Source: an uncultured Acidobacteriota bacterium (GTDB lineage Bacteria; Acidobacteriota; Vicinamibacteria; Vicinamibacterales; CAVVIG01). Taken from it: a DNA stretch of 64,000 nucleotides. The stretch spans positions 77,789-141,788 of the forward strand of contig CAVVPE010000021.1 in assembly GCA_963750035.1 (NCBI GenBank), read 5' to 3'. The first letter of the stretch is position 1, and every line of letters begins with the position of its first letter. A program made the position numbers and the translations under genes. The notes beneath the pieces are model-generated. The model ran no database searches. It was not told the DNA's origin and was given only the letters and a program-made list of their open reading frames with translations. Below are positions 29,511-40,769 of this stretch, one piece after another.

Positions 29511-30521
29511 TGGGTGTAGCGGCGGCTGATCGTGGGGATGAGGTACTCGCGGAACGCGCGCTCGAAATCGTAAGCCGGCTCGAAGCCCCAGTCGGCGCGC
29601 GCCGCCGAATCGTCGACATCGGCCGGCCACGAGTCGACGATCCCCTGCCGTTTTTCGTCAATCTTATACGCGATCGCGGCGCTGGGAAACGCGGCGGCGA
29701 CGACGTCGCGAATCTCGGCGGCGCTGACACTGAACGCGGTGACGTTGTACGCCGTGCGCCGTAACCGCTCGCGCGGCGCAGCGGCCAGCTTGAGCAGCGC
29801 CTCGGAGGCATCCGGCATCGCCATGAACGGGAATCCGCGTGTCGGGTCGTACGAAGCACGCATACGGTTCGCCCTTCGCCGCCGCGTGGATCATTTCTGA
29901 CGCGTAATCCGACGTCCCGCCCGCCGGCTGCGTGGCCGCGGAGATGAGCCCGGGAAACCGCACCGCCCGGAAATCGACGTGCGGCGTGGAATCGACCGAC
30001 AGCTGCTTGTAATGCTTCGCGTAATAGCGCCCCAGCTCCTCCGCGTACAGCTTGTTGCAGCCGTACATCGTCGTCGGATGCATGTACTCGTCTTCACGCA
30101 CCCGCACGGTCCGTGCCTTCGTCGCGAGATCCGGAAGGCCATAGGTCGCGATGGACGACGGGTAGATGAACTTCACGGCGCGGCCGTGCGATTCGCCCTG
30201 TTTTTGCGCAAACTCCAGCAGGTTCAGCGTCCCTTCGACGTTGACGTGATGCGCGCTCATTGGCGTGAATTCGGCCCGGGTGGAGAGCAGCGCGGCGAGG
30301 TGGTAGACGCAGTCCACCTCGAACTCCGCCAGCATCCGCTCGAGAAGGCTCGTATCGCAAATTGAGCCGGTGAACTCGCGCGACACGGACCGCGCGACGG
30401 CACGATCGAGCGGGTTCACGTCGAGCGTGACGATCGCGGCGTCGCGTTCCGCGAAGCGCGCCACGAGCGCGTGGCCGATTTCGCCGCCGGCCCCCGTCAC
30501 GAGGACGACCGGTTTTCGCAT
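29507..30521 (-). CDS. NAD-dependent epimerase/dehydratase-family SDR, L-threonine 3-dehydrogenase-like, one frameshift
   Basis: MRKPVVLVTGAGGEIGHALV...YPSSIATYG...YGCNKLYAE (YxxxK). A frame change near 29828 (ATT CCC g TTC ATG) restores TRIPFMAMPDASEALLKL... The C-terminal part lies in ORF 29507..29863. Confidence 0.7.
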
Positions 30522-30734
30522 CGTTTCACGATTGTACGTGCCGTACCGGTCAATTCCGTATGCGGCTCCTGATCTCACATCGCGCGCGTGGGGTGCTGTT
30601 CTGGAACAGCCTCAGTCCACTTGGGCGCGATCGGCACGGTCCCGGAAACGTGTGTGAGATGAGCAGTTACCGCCACTGCGGAGCTTCTGGCAGGGCTCTT
30701 GCTCAACTCGTGCCGAGCGATGCAAGGAGCTGAC

Positions 30735-31796
30735 ATGAACCGCGCGACTCCGGAGAGTGATTACAGTTCTGGCCGTGCTGATGATTCCCGCAATAGCGGG
30801 TGCGGCGGAAGACCCGCAGCTCGTGGTCACGAGCGCCGCGGTCGACCATTCGACTCACCGGCTGGTGATCCGTGGCCAGCACTTCACGTCCGGCAACGGG
30901 CAACAAGAACGCGCACCCGCTGGTCACGCTGGACCTGCAGCCGCTGGTAGTCGAGAGCGCGACGGCCTATGAAATCGTGCTGGCGCCGCTGTCGCCGACT
31001 TATCCCGAGGGCAGCCATCTGCTCACGGTGTCGCGCGGAAACGGTTCGAAGGATTCGGCCGCGTTCGTCGTCGCCATTTACGATGAAGCATCTGGTGGCT
31101 GGGACCACAGGGACCCGCGGGCCCGCAAGGACCCGCCGGTCCGACGGTCCGGCAGGCCCGGCAGGCCCCGCAGGTGCAACAGGATCAGCAGGTCCGACAG
31201 GTCCCCAGGGTCCGGCAGGACCGGCGGGACCCGCAGGCCCCGCAGGTCCCGCGGGCCCGCAAGGACTGGGAGGGCCATCCGGTCCGGCGGGTCCCGCGGG
31301 ACCGCAGGGCCCCGCGGGAAAGGATGGAGCGGCGGGCGCAGCGGACCGCAAGGCCCGGCAGGACCGCAGGGTCCGGCCGGCGCCACGGGCGCGGACGGAT
31401 CGCAGGGTCCTGCAGGGCCTCAGGGCGTGACCGGCGCGACGGGATCAGCCGGACCGGTCGGACCGATTGGGCCGCAGGGACCGATCGGCCCGCAGGGACC
31501 GGCTGGCGTCAGCGGATTCGAGATCGTGTTGAAGCTGACATCGGCCAGCTCCGTGGGTCCGACGAATAATACGAACGGGAGCGGTCACTTCGAAGCGAAG
31601 GCGACCTGTCCCGCCGGCAAGCGGGTCATCAGCGGTGGGTTCAACCTGCGGGACGACCTGGTCGCGCTACCTGACGGTCATTTCGTCGTACCCGAACCCG
31701 ACGGACGAGAGTTGGTACGTGCAACTGCGCAATAACACCTCCCTTACGCTGGGAGCCGTCGACGTGACCGCCTTCGCGGTCTGCGTCGCGAAGTAG
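30735..31796 (+). pseudogene. Secreted collagen-like (Gly-X-Y) protein with an IPT-like N-domain and a Cys-containing C-terminal domain; at least 5 frame breaks
   Basis: AAGGAG RBS, then the ATG at 30735 (alternative GTG at 30757). ITVLAVLMIPAIAGA signal. [32 protein letters not shown] / [48 protein letters not shown]. About 60 G-X-Y triplets are split over three frames ([15 protein letters not shown] / [28 protein letters not shown]...GKDGAAG / [31 protein letters not shown]...[10 protein letters not shown]). The tail is VSGFEIVL...[14 protein letters not shown] / [42 protein letters not shown]. Confidence 0.75.
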
Positions 31797-31837
31797 GGAC
31801 CTCGCGTCCGGCTCACGCGTGAGGTATCGTGTAGCGC

Positions 31838-33448
31838 GTGAGTCAGACCGCTCTCCGGAAACCGGCTGGTGAGGAGGAAGAACCAGCCGGTTTCCTCGCC
31901 CGCTTCGCCCTGTCGCTCACCGAATGGACCGAGCGCTGGGTTCCCGACGCCTTCATCTTCGCGCTCATCGGCACGATCCTCGTCGTCGGCGCCGCCCTGG
32001 CCGTCACGCCGGCGACCACTGGACAAGTCATCGATGCATGGGGGCGCGGCTTCTGGGAGCTGATTCCATTCACGCTCCAGATGTCGCTCATCATCATCAC
32101 CGGGCACGTGCTCGCCACGTCGGGCCCGATGCGCCGGCTCATCCGGCTGATTGCCGCCTGGCCCCAGTCGCCGCGCAGCGCCGTGGCGCTCGTCACGTTC
32201 TTCGCGCTGGCGACCTCGTGGATCAACTGGGGGTTCAGCCTCGTCTTCAGCGCGGTGCTCGCGCTCGAAGTCGCGCGCCGCGTGCGCGGCGTCGACTACC
32301 GCGCGCTGGCCGCCGCCAGCTTCCTGGGCATCGGCAGCATCTGGGCCCAGGGCTTGAGCGGGTCCGCCGCGCTGCAGATGGCCAGCCCCGGCGCACTGCA
32401 GCCGCAAATCCGCGAGATCGTCGCGAACGGCGGGCTCGTTCCCGGCGGGATTATCCCGTTCCGCGACACGATTTTCCTCTGGCAGAGCCTCGTCTCCGTG
32501 GTCGTCGAGATCGTCGTCGTCACGACCGTGATGTGGTTCGCAACGCCGCCGGCCAACCGCGCGCGGACGGCGGCCGACCTCGGGATCGCTTTGCCGGACG
32601 AAAGCGAGCGCACCGAGGTCAGCTGGCCGGGGACACCGGGCACGTGGCTGGAACATTCATCCATCCTCACGTGGCTCATCGTCGCGCTCGGCGGCGCCTT
32701 CCTGGTGCGCTACTTCATGGCTGCGCCAGAGCCGTTGAATGCGTTGACGCTGAACATCATCAACCTGTCGTTCCTGCTGGTCGGGATGGTGCTGCACAAG
32801 ACGCCGGCGCGCCTGATGCGAGCGGTCCAGGATGCGACGCCGGCGGTGTGGGGCGTCATCCTGCAGTTTCCGTTTTATGCGGGGATCGCCGGCATCATCA
32901 CCGGCACGCACCTGAGCCAGCAGCTCGCCAGTGCGTTCGTCCAGATCTCGACGCCCACGACCTTCCCCGCCGTCGTCGCAGTCTATTCGGCGGTGCTGGG
33001 CGTGTTCGTGCCGTCGGGCGGATCGAAGTGGGTCATCGAGGCGCCGTATGTGATGGAGGCGGCGCACGCGCTGAAGGTGCATCTCGGCTGGATCGTCGCC
33101 TCCTACGACCTGGGCGAGGCGCTGGCCAACCTCGTGCAGCCGTTCTGGATGCTGCCCATTCTCGGCCTCTTCCGCCTCGGCGCCCGCGACGTCATGGGCT
33201 ACACGCTCGTCGTGTTCATCGCGCTGGTCCCGACCGTCTTGCTGCTCGTGACTTTGCTCGGAAGAACGCTTGTCTTATCCGTTGTAGGGGGCTCGCACTG
33301 TCGCTGTAGGGTGCTGGGCACTGTCGCTGTAGGGTGCTCGGCACTCCGCTGTAGGGTGCTCGGCGACTTCGCTGTAGAGTGCTGGCGCGCAGGGAAAACG
33401 CGCGCGCCGGCACCCTACATCGTTAGAACGAAAGCACCCTACGCGTAA
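31838..33448 (+). CDS. Short-chain fatty acid transporter (AtoE family); last about 55 codons are read-through into a repeat
   Basis: GTG start. Polytopic protein with AtoE-like blocks (FLARFALSLTEWTERWVPDAFIFALIGTILV...GFWELIPFTLQMSLIIITGHVLA...FPFYAGIAGII...). Family-like sequence ends near 33280 (...LLLVTLLGRTL). The remainder (VVGGSHCRCRVLGTVAVGCSALRCRVLG...) is a translation of repeat A. Confidence 0.8.
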   Translation: MSQTALRKPAGEEEEPAGFLARFALSLTEWTERWVPDAFIFALIGTILVVGAALAVTPATTGQVIDAWGRGFWELIPFTLQMSLIIITGHVLATSGPMRRLIRLIAAWPQSPRSAVALVTFFALATSWINWGFSLVFSAVLALEVARRVRGVDYRALAAASFLGIGSIWAQGLSGSAALQMASPGALQPQIREIVANGGLVPGGIIPFRDTIFLWQSLVSVVVEIVVVTTVMWFATPPANRARTAADLGIALPDESERTEVSWPGTPGTWLEHSSILTWLIVALGGAFLVRYFMAAPEPLNALTLNIINLSFLLVGMVLHKTPARLMRAVQDATPAVWGVILQFPFYAGIAGIITGTHLSQQLASAFVQISTPTTFPAVVAVYSAVLGVFVPSGGSKWVIEAPYVMEAAHALKVHLGWIVASYDLGEALANLVQPFWMLPILGLFRLGARDVMGYTLVVFIALVPTVLLLVTLLGRTLVLSVVGGSHCRCRVLGTVAVGCSALRCRVLGDFAVECWRAGKTRAPAPYIVRTKAPYA

Positions 33449-33533
33449 GTCGAAAGACCTCGCGTAAGAACCAAAGCACCCTACATCGCGTAAGTGCGAA
33501 AGCACCCTACAGCGTCAGAAGAAAGCACCCTGC
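33281..33533. repeat. Composite palindromic array A (repeat family 4)
   Basis: The left arm has 5 tandem units of about 22 bp with core CGCTGTAGGGTGCT(C/G)GGCA. The centre is the hairpin GGCGCGC-agggaaaac-GCGCGCC (33384-33408). The right arm has 5 units with the complementary core GCACCCTAC(A/G)(G/T)CG. Confidence 0.9.
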
Positions 33534-33537
33534 GAGT

Positions 33538-34364
33538 TCAGCCCCCCAGGTATCCCGGTCTCGCTTTAACCGTCCTGCGTCCCTTTACCCGAACGTCGAG
33601 CTGATGCCAGCCGGCGCGCGAGACGCCGCGCGGCGTGTAGCTGACGAGGTAGCGATGGCGGAATTCATCGAGCACGCCGAGGAAGATGGACTCGAGATTC
33701 TGCGTCCGCTCGACTTCGAACAACCGGCCGCCTGTGAACGAGGTGAGCTCCTCGAGGAACTCGGGCCGGACGCGCGACTTCACCGAGACCCCGTACGCCA
33801 CAACGCCCGATCTCTTAGCCGTATCGAGAACCGAGGCCGGCGGCAGCCAGCTGGCGGTGTCGACGCCGTCGCTGAAGACGATCAGCAGGCCGCGGCCGAC
33901 GTCGGATTCGCCGACCATCATGCCGGCAAACGTGCCGTCGACCAGCGCCGTCTCGCCAATCCCCTCCGCGCGTTCGAGCGCCGCGCGAACGGATGCGACG
34001 TCCCTGGTCAGCTTCGCGCCGCGGTCGACGACATGGCTGAAGCTGACAAGCGCGGCCTGATCGTCCGCTTTCAGGCCGCCCAGCAGCGCTCCGGCGCCCT
34101 TGAGCAGCCGGTCGCGGCGATCGCCTTCGACGCTGTTGCTCATGTCGAACACGAGGACCACGTTCAGCGGCACCTGGTCGAAGCTGACGCAGATCGACCT
34201 GCTGGGCGACGCCGTTGTCCAGGATCTCGAAGTCGGCCGGCGTCAGGCCGAGGACCGGCTTGCCGTTGTCCGTGACGAGCACGTCGACCCGCACCGCGTC
34301 GACCCGGCTCGAAAACGTCGGCGCCTGCGCGAGCGATGGCGAGAAGCGCCAATGCGGTCCTCAT
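33538..34364 (-). CDS. VWA domain protein of the VWFA-related acidobacterial type, two frameshifts
   Basis: ATGA overlap with the TPR gene at 34361-34364. MRTALALLAIA signal; (A)PTFSSRVDAVRVDVLVTDNGKPVLGLTPADFEILDNGVAQQVDL; then VSFDQVPLNVVLVFDMSNSVEGDRRDRL...IVFSDGVDT...RHRYLVSY. Frame changes near 34325 and 34200. Confidence 0.75.
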
Positions 34365-35732
34365 CGCTGCAGCCTCCTGGAACACTTTTTCAGCTCGTCG
34401 AGGAGCATCTCCGCGTTGCGGCCCGCGGCGTTGTCGTAGGTCCACCACGGATCGTCGCCGTCGGGATACTCGGCGGCCAACTCGAAGACGCGCTCGATAG
34501 CCGCCAGCGCGCCGGCCAGGTCGCCGCGGCGGCGCGCGAGCGAGCTGTGCGCAACGTGCGGCGATTGCGCGTTCGGATAGAGCGTTGACGCGCGCGAATA
34601 GAGGTCGTCGGCCGCATCGAAATTGCCCAGCGCTTCCTCGGCCCAGCCCAGGAACATCGCCGCGTAATACTTCATCAGGTCGTCGGGGGCCGCGGCGTTC
34701 GCCCGCCGCAATTCCTCGGCAGCCTCCCGCGCACGGCCGCGCATGAGGAGGACCCGGCCGAGCCGCAGCCGCGCTTCGAAATGCTCGGGCTGCTCCGCCA
34801 GCGCGCGGCGGAGCAGCGTTTCGGCGTCGCGAAGCTCCGCCTCTTCGGACTGAATGGCTAGCTGGTATCCAGCAGGCATCTCGATCGAGCGCGCGGCGGC
34901 CTGCATCGACGGCCGCGCGAACGATTCGTGCTCGCAGCCGCTCAGGAACAACAGCGTGGCGTCCCTTGGAAACAGGCGGAGGCCCTGGACCAGGTGGTCG
35001 GTGTTTTCGTGGTAGCCATTGGCCTGCATCCAGGTGGCCGTGGCCTGATACCAGAGCAGGACCATCGGGTCACCGGCGGGTCTGACGACGTCGAGGAGCG
35101 AGCGCGCGATGTCCCAATGGACCGCGCCAAAGTAGGTCCCCGTGTTCCGGCCGTCCTCCACGCTGAACGTCAGCCGTTGGATCGCCCCGGCCAGCTGCGG
35201 GGCACCGCTCTCGAACAATTCGGAGCCAGACGACATCGCCACGTCGGCATGGAGCATGGCGGTGCGGCGCAGCACGTAATCCAGTTGCCCCTGCTTCCGT
35301 GCCGCCGCCACGCGTTCAGATAGCAGGAGGAGCTCCTCGTCCAGGAGGAACGGTGCCTTCCGCGCCACGCAGGCCTGTTCCTTCACGATGCCGGCGGCTG
35401 CGCACGCCAACAGGCGCAATCGATCGGATTGGCGGGGCGTGAACCTGATCTGCTGCGGGACCCGCTGCCCGCGGCCTTCGCACCGTGAAGTAGTTGAGCC
35501 GAATGTCGCGCATCAACTGCGACAGCGCGACGGCGTCGATCGACAGCGCCTGCAGCTCGGCGTAGGACCAGCGCGCCATCCGTTCCGCGGCCTCGTCGAA
35601 CTCGCCCGGCTGGTGGTGCAGGATCGCCTTGAGCCAGTCCTCGACGCGCAGCATGCGCGGATCGACATCGCGTTCCTGTGCACGGACGGAGGACGCTAGG
35701 AAGACGATGGCGACGGCGACCAGAATCCTCAC
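34361..35732 (-). CDS. Secreted TPR-repeat protein, one frameshift
   Basis: Signal MRILVAVAIVFLASSVRAQ. A frame change near 35450 joins ...GPAADQ to IRFTPRQSDRLRLLACAAAGIVKEQAC... The C-terminal half has TPR-like helices (AELRDAETLLRRALAEQPEHFEARLRLGRVLLMRGRAREAAEELRRA..., AADDLYSRASTLYPNAQ). Confidence 0.65.
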
Positions 35733-35770
35733 GAACCCTCCAAACCGTCGCAGGATGCTCGTTCCCGCTC

Positions 35771-35963
35771 GCGTAGAGTGCTCGGTTACTGTCGCTGTAG
35801 TGTGCTAGGCGCCTTCGGCATCAGGGTGCTGGGCGCTTCGCCACAAGGAGCCGGCGCGCGCGCAAACAGGCGCGCCAGCACCTACATCGTAAGATGCGAG
35901 GCACCCTACGCGGAGAGCGAAGCACCCTACAGCGTCAGATCGGAGCACCCTACAGCGTCAGAA
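35771..35963. repeat. Composite palindromic array B (repeat family 4)
   Basis: Same architecture as array A. Left units are GCGTAGAGTGCTCGG, CGCTGTAGTGTGCTAGG and ATCAGGGTGCTGGG. The centre is GGCGCGC(gcgc)AAACAGGCGCGCC (35853-35876). Right units are AGCACCTACATCG, GCACCCTACGCGG, GCACCCTACAGCGTCAGA and GCACCCTACAGCGTCAGA. Confidence 0.9.
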
Positions 35964-36456
35964 CAAAAGTCCTTTGCGGCAACCCTTCGAGCGCGCCCCA
36001 CGTTTCTGGATCCTGACAGAGCAGCGTGTTGAGATACAGCGACACGTGCTCGGCCGGAAACTGTTGAGCGATCTGTGCCGCGGCAGGCTCGATTTTCGAG
36101 GGATCCGGCTTGACCTCGTCGTCCTTAATCAACCCGTCCTCGTGCGTGATGCCGAGCGCATCGAGAAACGTCCCCATCATCGAACGCTGCTCGGCCAGGT
36201 GATAGACGATCAGCACGCGCGCGGCGATGGCGTCGGGCAGCGATCCGAGCGTGGCGAGATGCCGCGCTTTGCGGTCGGTGTCGAGCCCAAGGATGAACTT
36301 GGGCCGGAATTTCTTCTGCTGCGCGATGATCATGACGGCCTGCACCTGGTCGTCGGTTGCTTCTTCGTCGAGCCAGAATGCCCGCGCCGCCTGCTGGCGC
36401 AGCTCGGGCGTCATCCGTTTCCACAAACGTGAGGGTGTGAGCGCTGGGTCTGCCAT
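35950..36456 (-). CDS. Hypothetical protein (168 aa); C-terminal codons lie in repeat B
   Basis: Intact ORF with protein-like composition (MADPALTPSRLWKRMTPELRQQAARAFWLDEEATDDQVQAVMIIAQQKKFRPKFILGLDTDRKARHLATLG...). AGGAA precedes the ATG. No family was recognised. Confidence 0.5.
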   Translation of the reverse strand: MADPALTPSRLWKRMTPELRQQAARAFWLDEEATDDQVQAVMIIAQQKKFRPKFILGLDTDRKARHLATLGSLPDAIAARVLIVYHLAEQRSMMGTFLDALGITHEDGLIKDDEVKPDPSKIEPAAAQIAQQFPAEHVSLYLNTLLCQDPETWGALEGLPQRTFVLTL

Positions 36457-36564
36457 TTCCTATATTCTAGTAGGTGATTTGCCTCCGCTGCGGCCGGATC
36501 AAGCGCGAGCCAGGGCGGACCGCCGTAGCCTGGGGAGGCGGCAGGTCGCCGATGCGAGGCCAAC

Positions 36565-37243
36565 ATGCGCGCCAAAACGACTTCCACGCTTGCGCTCGTC
36601 GTGCTCGCGACCGCCGCGATTCTCGCCCAGGCGCCCGGGCGTCCATCCCGTCAGCGGACGCCGGTTCGCGGGGGTGATGAGTTATGAGGGGGCCGCCTGG
36701 CTGGATCGCGAGGAGCGCGACATCGAGGAGGAACCGGATCGCGCGCTCGATGCGATCCGCATCGAGAAGGGATCGACGGTCGCTGACGTCGGCGCCGGGT
36801 CGGGGTACATGACCGTGCGCATGGCGCGCCGCGTCGGCCCCGAGGGCCGCGTCTACGCCACCGACATCCAGCCGCAGATGCTGGCGATGCTCAGGGAGCG
36901 GCTGCAGAAGGAGCGCCTCAGCAACGTCACGCCTGTCCAGGGTGCGATCGACGATCCGCGGCTGCCGCCGGACACACTCGATCTGATCCTGATGGTCGAC
37001 GTCTATCACGAGTTCTCGCAGCCGCAGCAGATGCTGCGCGGCCTGCGGGCTGCGCTGAAGCCGGGCGGCCGGCTGGTGCTCCTCGAGTACAAGAAGGAGG
37101 ACCCGTCAATCCCGATTCGCCTCGAGCACAAGATGACCGTCGCCGAAGCGAAGCTCGAGGTCGAGGCCGAAGGCTTCCGCCTGGCGCGCGTCGGCACCGA
37201 GCTGCCTCGACAGCACATCCTCGTCTTCGAAAAACCGAAGTAG
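36565..37243 (+). CDS. Secreted class I SAM-dependent methyltransferase, one frameshift
   Basis: The ATG at 36565 gives the signal MRAKTTSTLALVVLATAAILAQAPG. A +1 frame change near 36640 joins VHPVSGRRFAGVMSYEGAAWLDREERD... The SAM motif VADVGAGSGYMT lies in ORF 36227..37243. Confidence 0.75.
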
Positions 37244-37305
37244 ACGTCGAAGCCGAGCCCTTGGGCGCCGTAGCGCCTGAAGGCGCGTAGGCGGCCCTAG
37301 CCCCG

Positions 37306-38763
<1,458 letters not shown>

Positions 38764-38789
38764 GCGGCGCGGGGCTCGCCGCGGTCCAG

Positions 38790-39850
38790 GTGGCCCTGTT
38801 CCTCGCCGCCATCTGCACACCGCTCGCCGTCAACCTGACCGGCGTCGACGGCGGCGATCCGCAGACCGAGAACCGCGAACTGGCGACGCTGAACGAGGGT
38901 GTCTTCGCGTGGTTCGCCGATCACTTCGGCCTGCGATCGACGCTCGTTCGACTGAATGCGCGGGTCGAGTACGGCCTGAACGCATCCCCGTCGCCGTCGG
39001 TCATCCGCGGCCGCGACGGCTGGCTGTACTACGGCGAGTCCGATGCCGTCGAGGACTACGTCAGCCGCATCCATTGACGGAGCAGGAAGTCGAGGCCTGG
39101 AGAGACACGGTGGTGCGCTCGCGCGACTGGCTTCGCGCCCGGGGCGCCGCCTACGTCTTCACGATCGCGCCCGACAAGCACGTCATCTACCCCGAGCACA
39201 TGCCGGCGTCGATGCACCAGGTCGGATCGTCGCGCCGGATGGACCAGGTGTTGGACGCCGTCGCCGAGAGCGGCGTGGCGGTCGACGTGCGGCCGGCGGT
39301 CGAGGCCGCCAAGTCGCGCGAGCGGGTGTATCACCTCACTGATTCGCACTGGAACGCGCGCGGCGCGCTGGTCGCTTACCAGTCGATCGTCGCGGCGTTG
39401 CGCGCCCAGGACCCCGCCGTCCCGCCCGCCTGGAAGCGCTCGGACTTCGAAGAGGTCGAGCGGGAAATTGGCGGGCTCGACCTCGCGCGCATGATGGGCC
39501 TCAACCGGACGCTGCAGGAGGTCGATCTCGCGCTCGTTCCGAAGCGGCGCCGCCTGGCGAAGGTCGTCGATCCGCCGGGCGGTGACGTCTCCGCCGAGCT
39601 GGGCCGAATCGTGACGACGATTCCCGGCTCGCACCTGCCGCGCGCGGTGATCTTCCGCGACTCGTTCGCGACCGCGCTCGTCCCGTTCCTCGCGGAGCAT
39701 TTCAGCCGCGCGGTCTTTCTCTGGCAGAAGGATTTCATTCCGGAACAGGTGATCGAAGAGGGAGCGGACGTCGTGATCTACGAAATCGCGGGCCGCCAGC
39801 TGTACAACTTCATCGCGTCGCCGGCTCTCGTACCGGCTGGCGATCACTAG
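38790..39850 (+). CDS. AlgJ/AlgX-like SGNH-fold O-acetylation protein, one frameshift
   Basis: GTG at 38790, TM segment VALFLAAICTPLAV, then RGRDGWLYYGESDAVEDY. A -1 change near 39072 (ATC-CA, C run) leads to PLTEQEVEAWRDTVV...YVFTIAPDKHVIYPEHMP...YHLTDSHWN (DxHW motif). Confidence 0.75.
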
Positions 39851-39965
39851 GCAAGCGCCTGCGTCCATGCGAGCCCGAGGACAAGTGATCCGAGCGGCGA
39901 GCGTGCAGCGTCAGTTCGCGCTGGCGGTGGGGCCCCAGCGCCATTGAAAAAAGTTGACAGCGGCG

Positions 39966-40610
39966 CTAGATCCGCGTAAGCTCGCGAATCCGCCGGACGA
40001 TCGCTTCGCGCTGCGCGGTATCGACTTCGAAGCCGCGGCGCTCGGCGTCGATGAATTCCTGGATGGTGCGGCGCCCCTTCATCAGGCCGTTGGTCGTGTG
40101 CTCCTTCGACTTCAGCAGGTAGTGGCCGATCTCGTGCGCGAGCGCGCGGCCGAGGGTGCGGCCGAGCAGGAGGAAGCGTTCGGCCGGCGTGATGCGCCTC
40201 GCGCTGCCGCCGATCCCGCCGACTGACAGGACGAATCGCTCGGCGTTCGCATGCGAAATATGGATGTCGCCGTCAGGTTCGTCGTCGACGAAGTTGACCC
40301 AGCCCATCGGTGAGCCGGCGCCGCGCGGCGTCCCGCGGCTGTCGTCGATGAGGACACGCGGCCGCGTCGGGCGGGGCGGGGTGACTTCCGCACGCACGGC
40401 TTCGGCCTTCTGCCACTTGAACGTGACGCCAGTCGGCCGCCAGATCGCGCTCGCTTCCTCCAGCGTGCGGTCGATGATCACCGGCGAAATCGCGGGAGCC
40501 GAGTGAACGCTGATGGTGACCGTAGGGAGATCGGCGGGGCGCTGCGCCGCTGGCTCCGGAGAGCCTGCGAGCATCGCCGTCATGGACGCGGCGGCCATAA
40601 AACTCAGCAT
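39966..40610 (-). CDS. Secreted HExxH zinc-metalloprotease-like protein
   Basis: Intact 214-aa ORF with a signal-like N-terminus and the motif LGRALAHEIGHYLL. The specific family was not recognised. Confidence 0.55.
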   Translation of the reverse strand: MLSFMAAASMTAMLAGSPEPAAQRPADLPTVTISVHSAPAISPVIIDRTLEEASAIWRPTGVTFKWQKAEAVRAEVTPPRPTRPRVLIDDSRGTPRGAGSPMGWVNFVDDEPDGDIHISHANAERFVLSVGGIGGSARRITPAERFLLLGRTLGRALAHEIGHYLLKSKEHTTNGLMKGRRTIQEFIDAERRGFEVDTAQREAIVRRIRELTRI

Positions 40611-40769
40611 GCGGAGAGGTTAGACGGGCGCGGCCGCGAGCGGGTTGCGAATCTGTGCGTGCTGTCGTCTACAAAGTGCGCCGCAACAAAATCTTGGATT
40701 TCAACTGACCGATCCCGGACACGCAGGACGCGCGCAAGGCAGGAGGCGCCGCTGTGGCAGGCGGGTGCC

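Noticed and set aside
30596-30611. Palindrome GCTGTTC-TG-GAACAGC in the divergent region between the tdh-like and collagen-like genes, as a regulator binding site
   Set aside because: It is a single short palindrome with no adjacent regulator gene and no second copy, so there is too little evidence to call it.
33281-33533. Possible CRISPR or tandem array at 33281-33533 and 35771-35963
   Set aside because: The units of about 22 bp abut each other without spacers, and the two halves of each array are reverse complements around a central hairpin. These are composite palindromes, not direct repeat-spacer arrays.
39919-39953. Hairpin CGCTGG-N10-CCAGCG followed by an A-run, between the convergent AlgJ-like and HExxH genes, as an intrinsic terminator
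   Set aside because: The A-run follows the stem on the plus strand, so the T-run precedes the stem on the minus strand. Neither orientation gives the canonical stem-then-U-tract arrangement.
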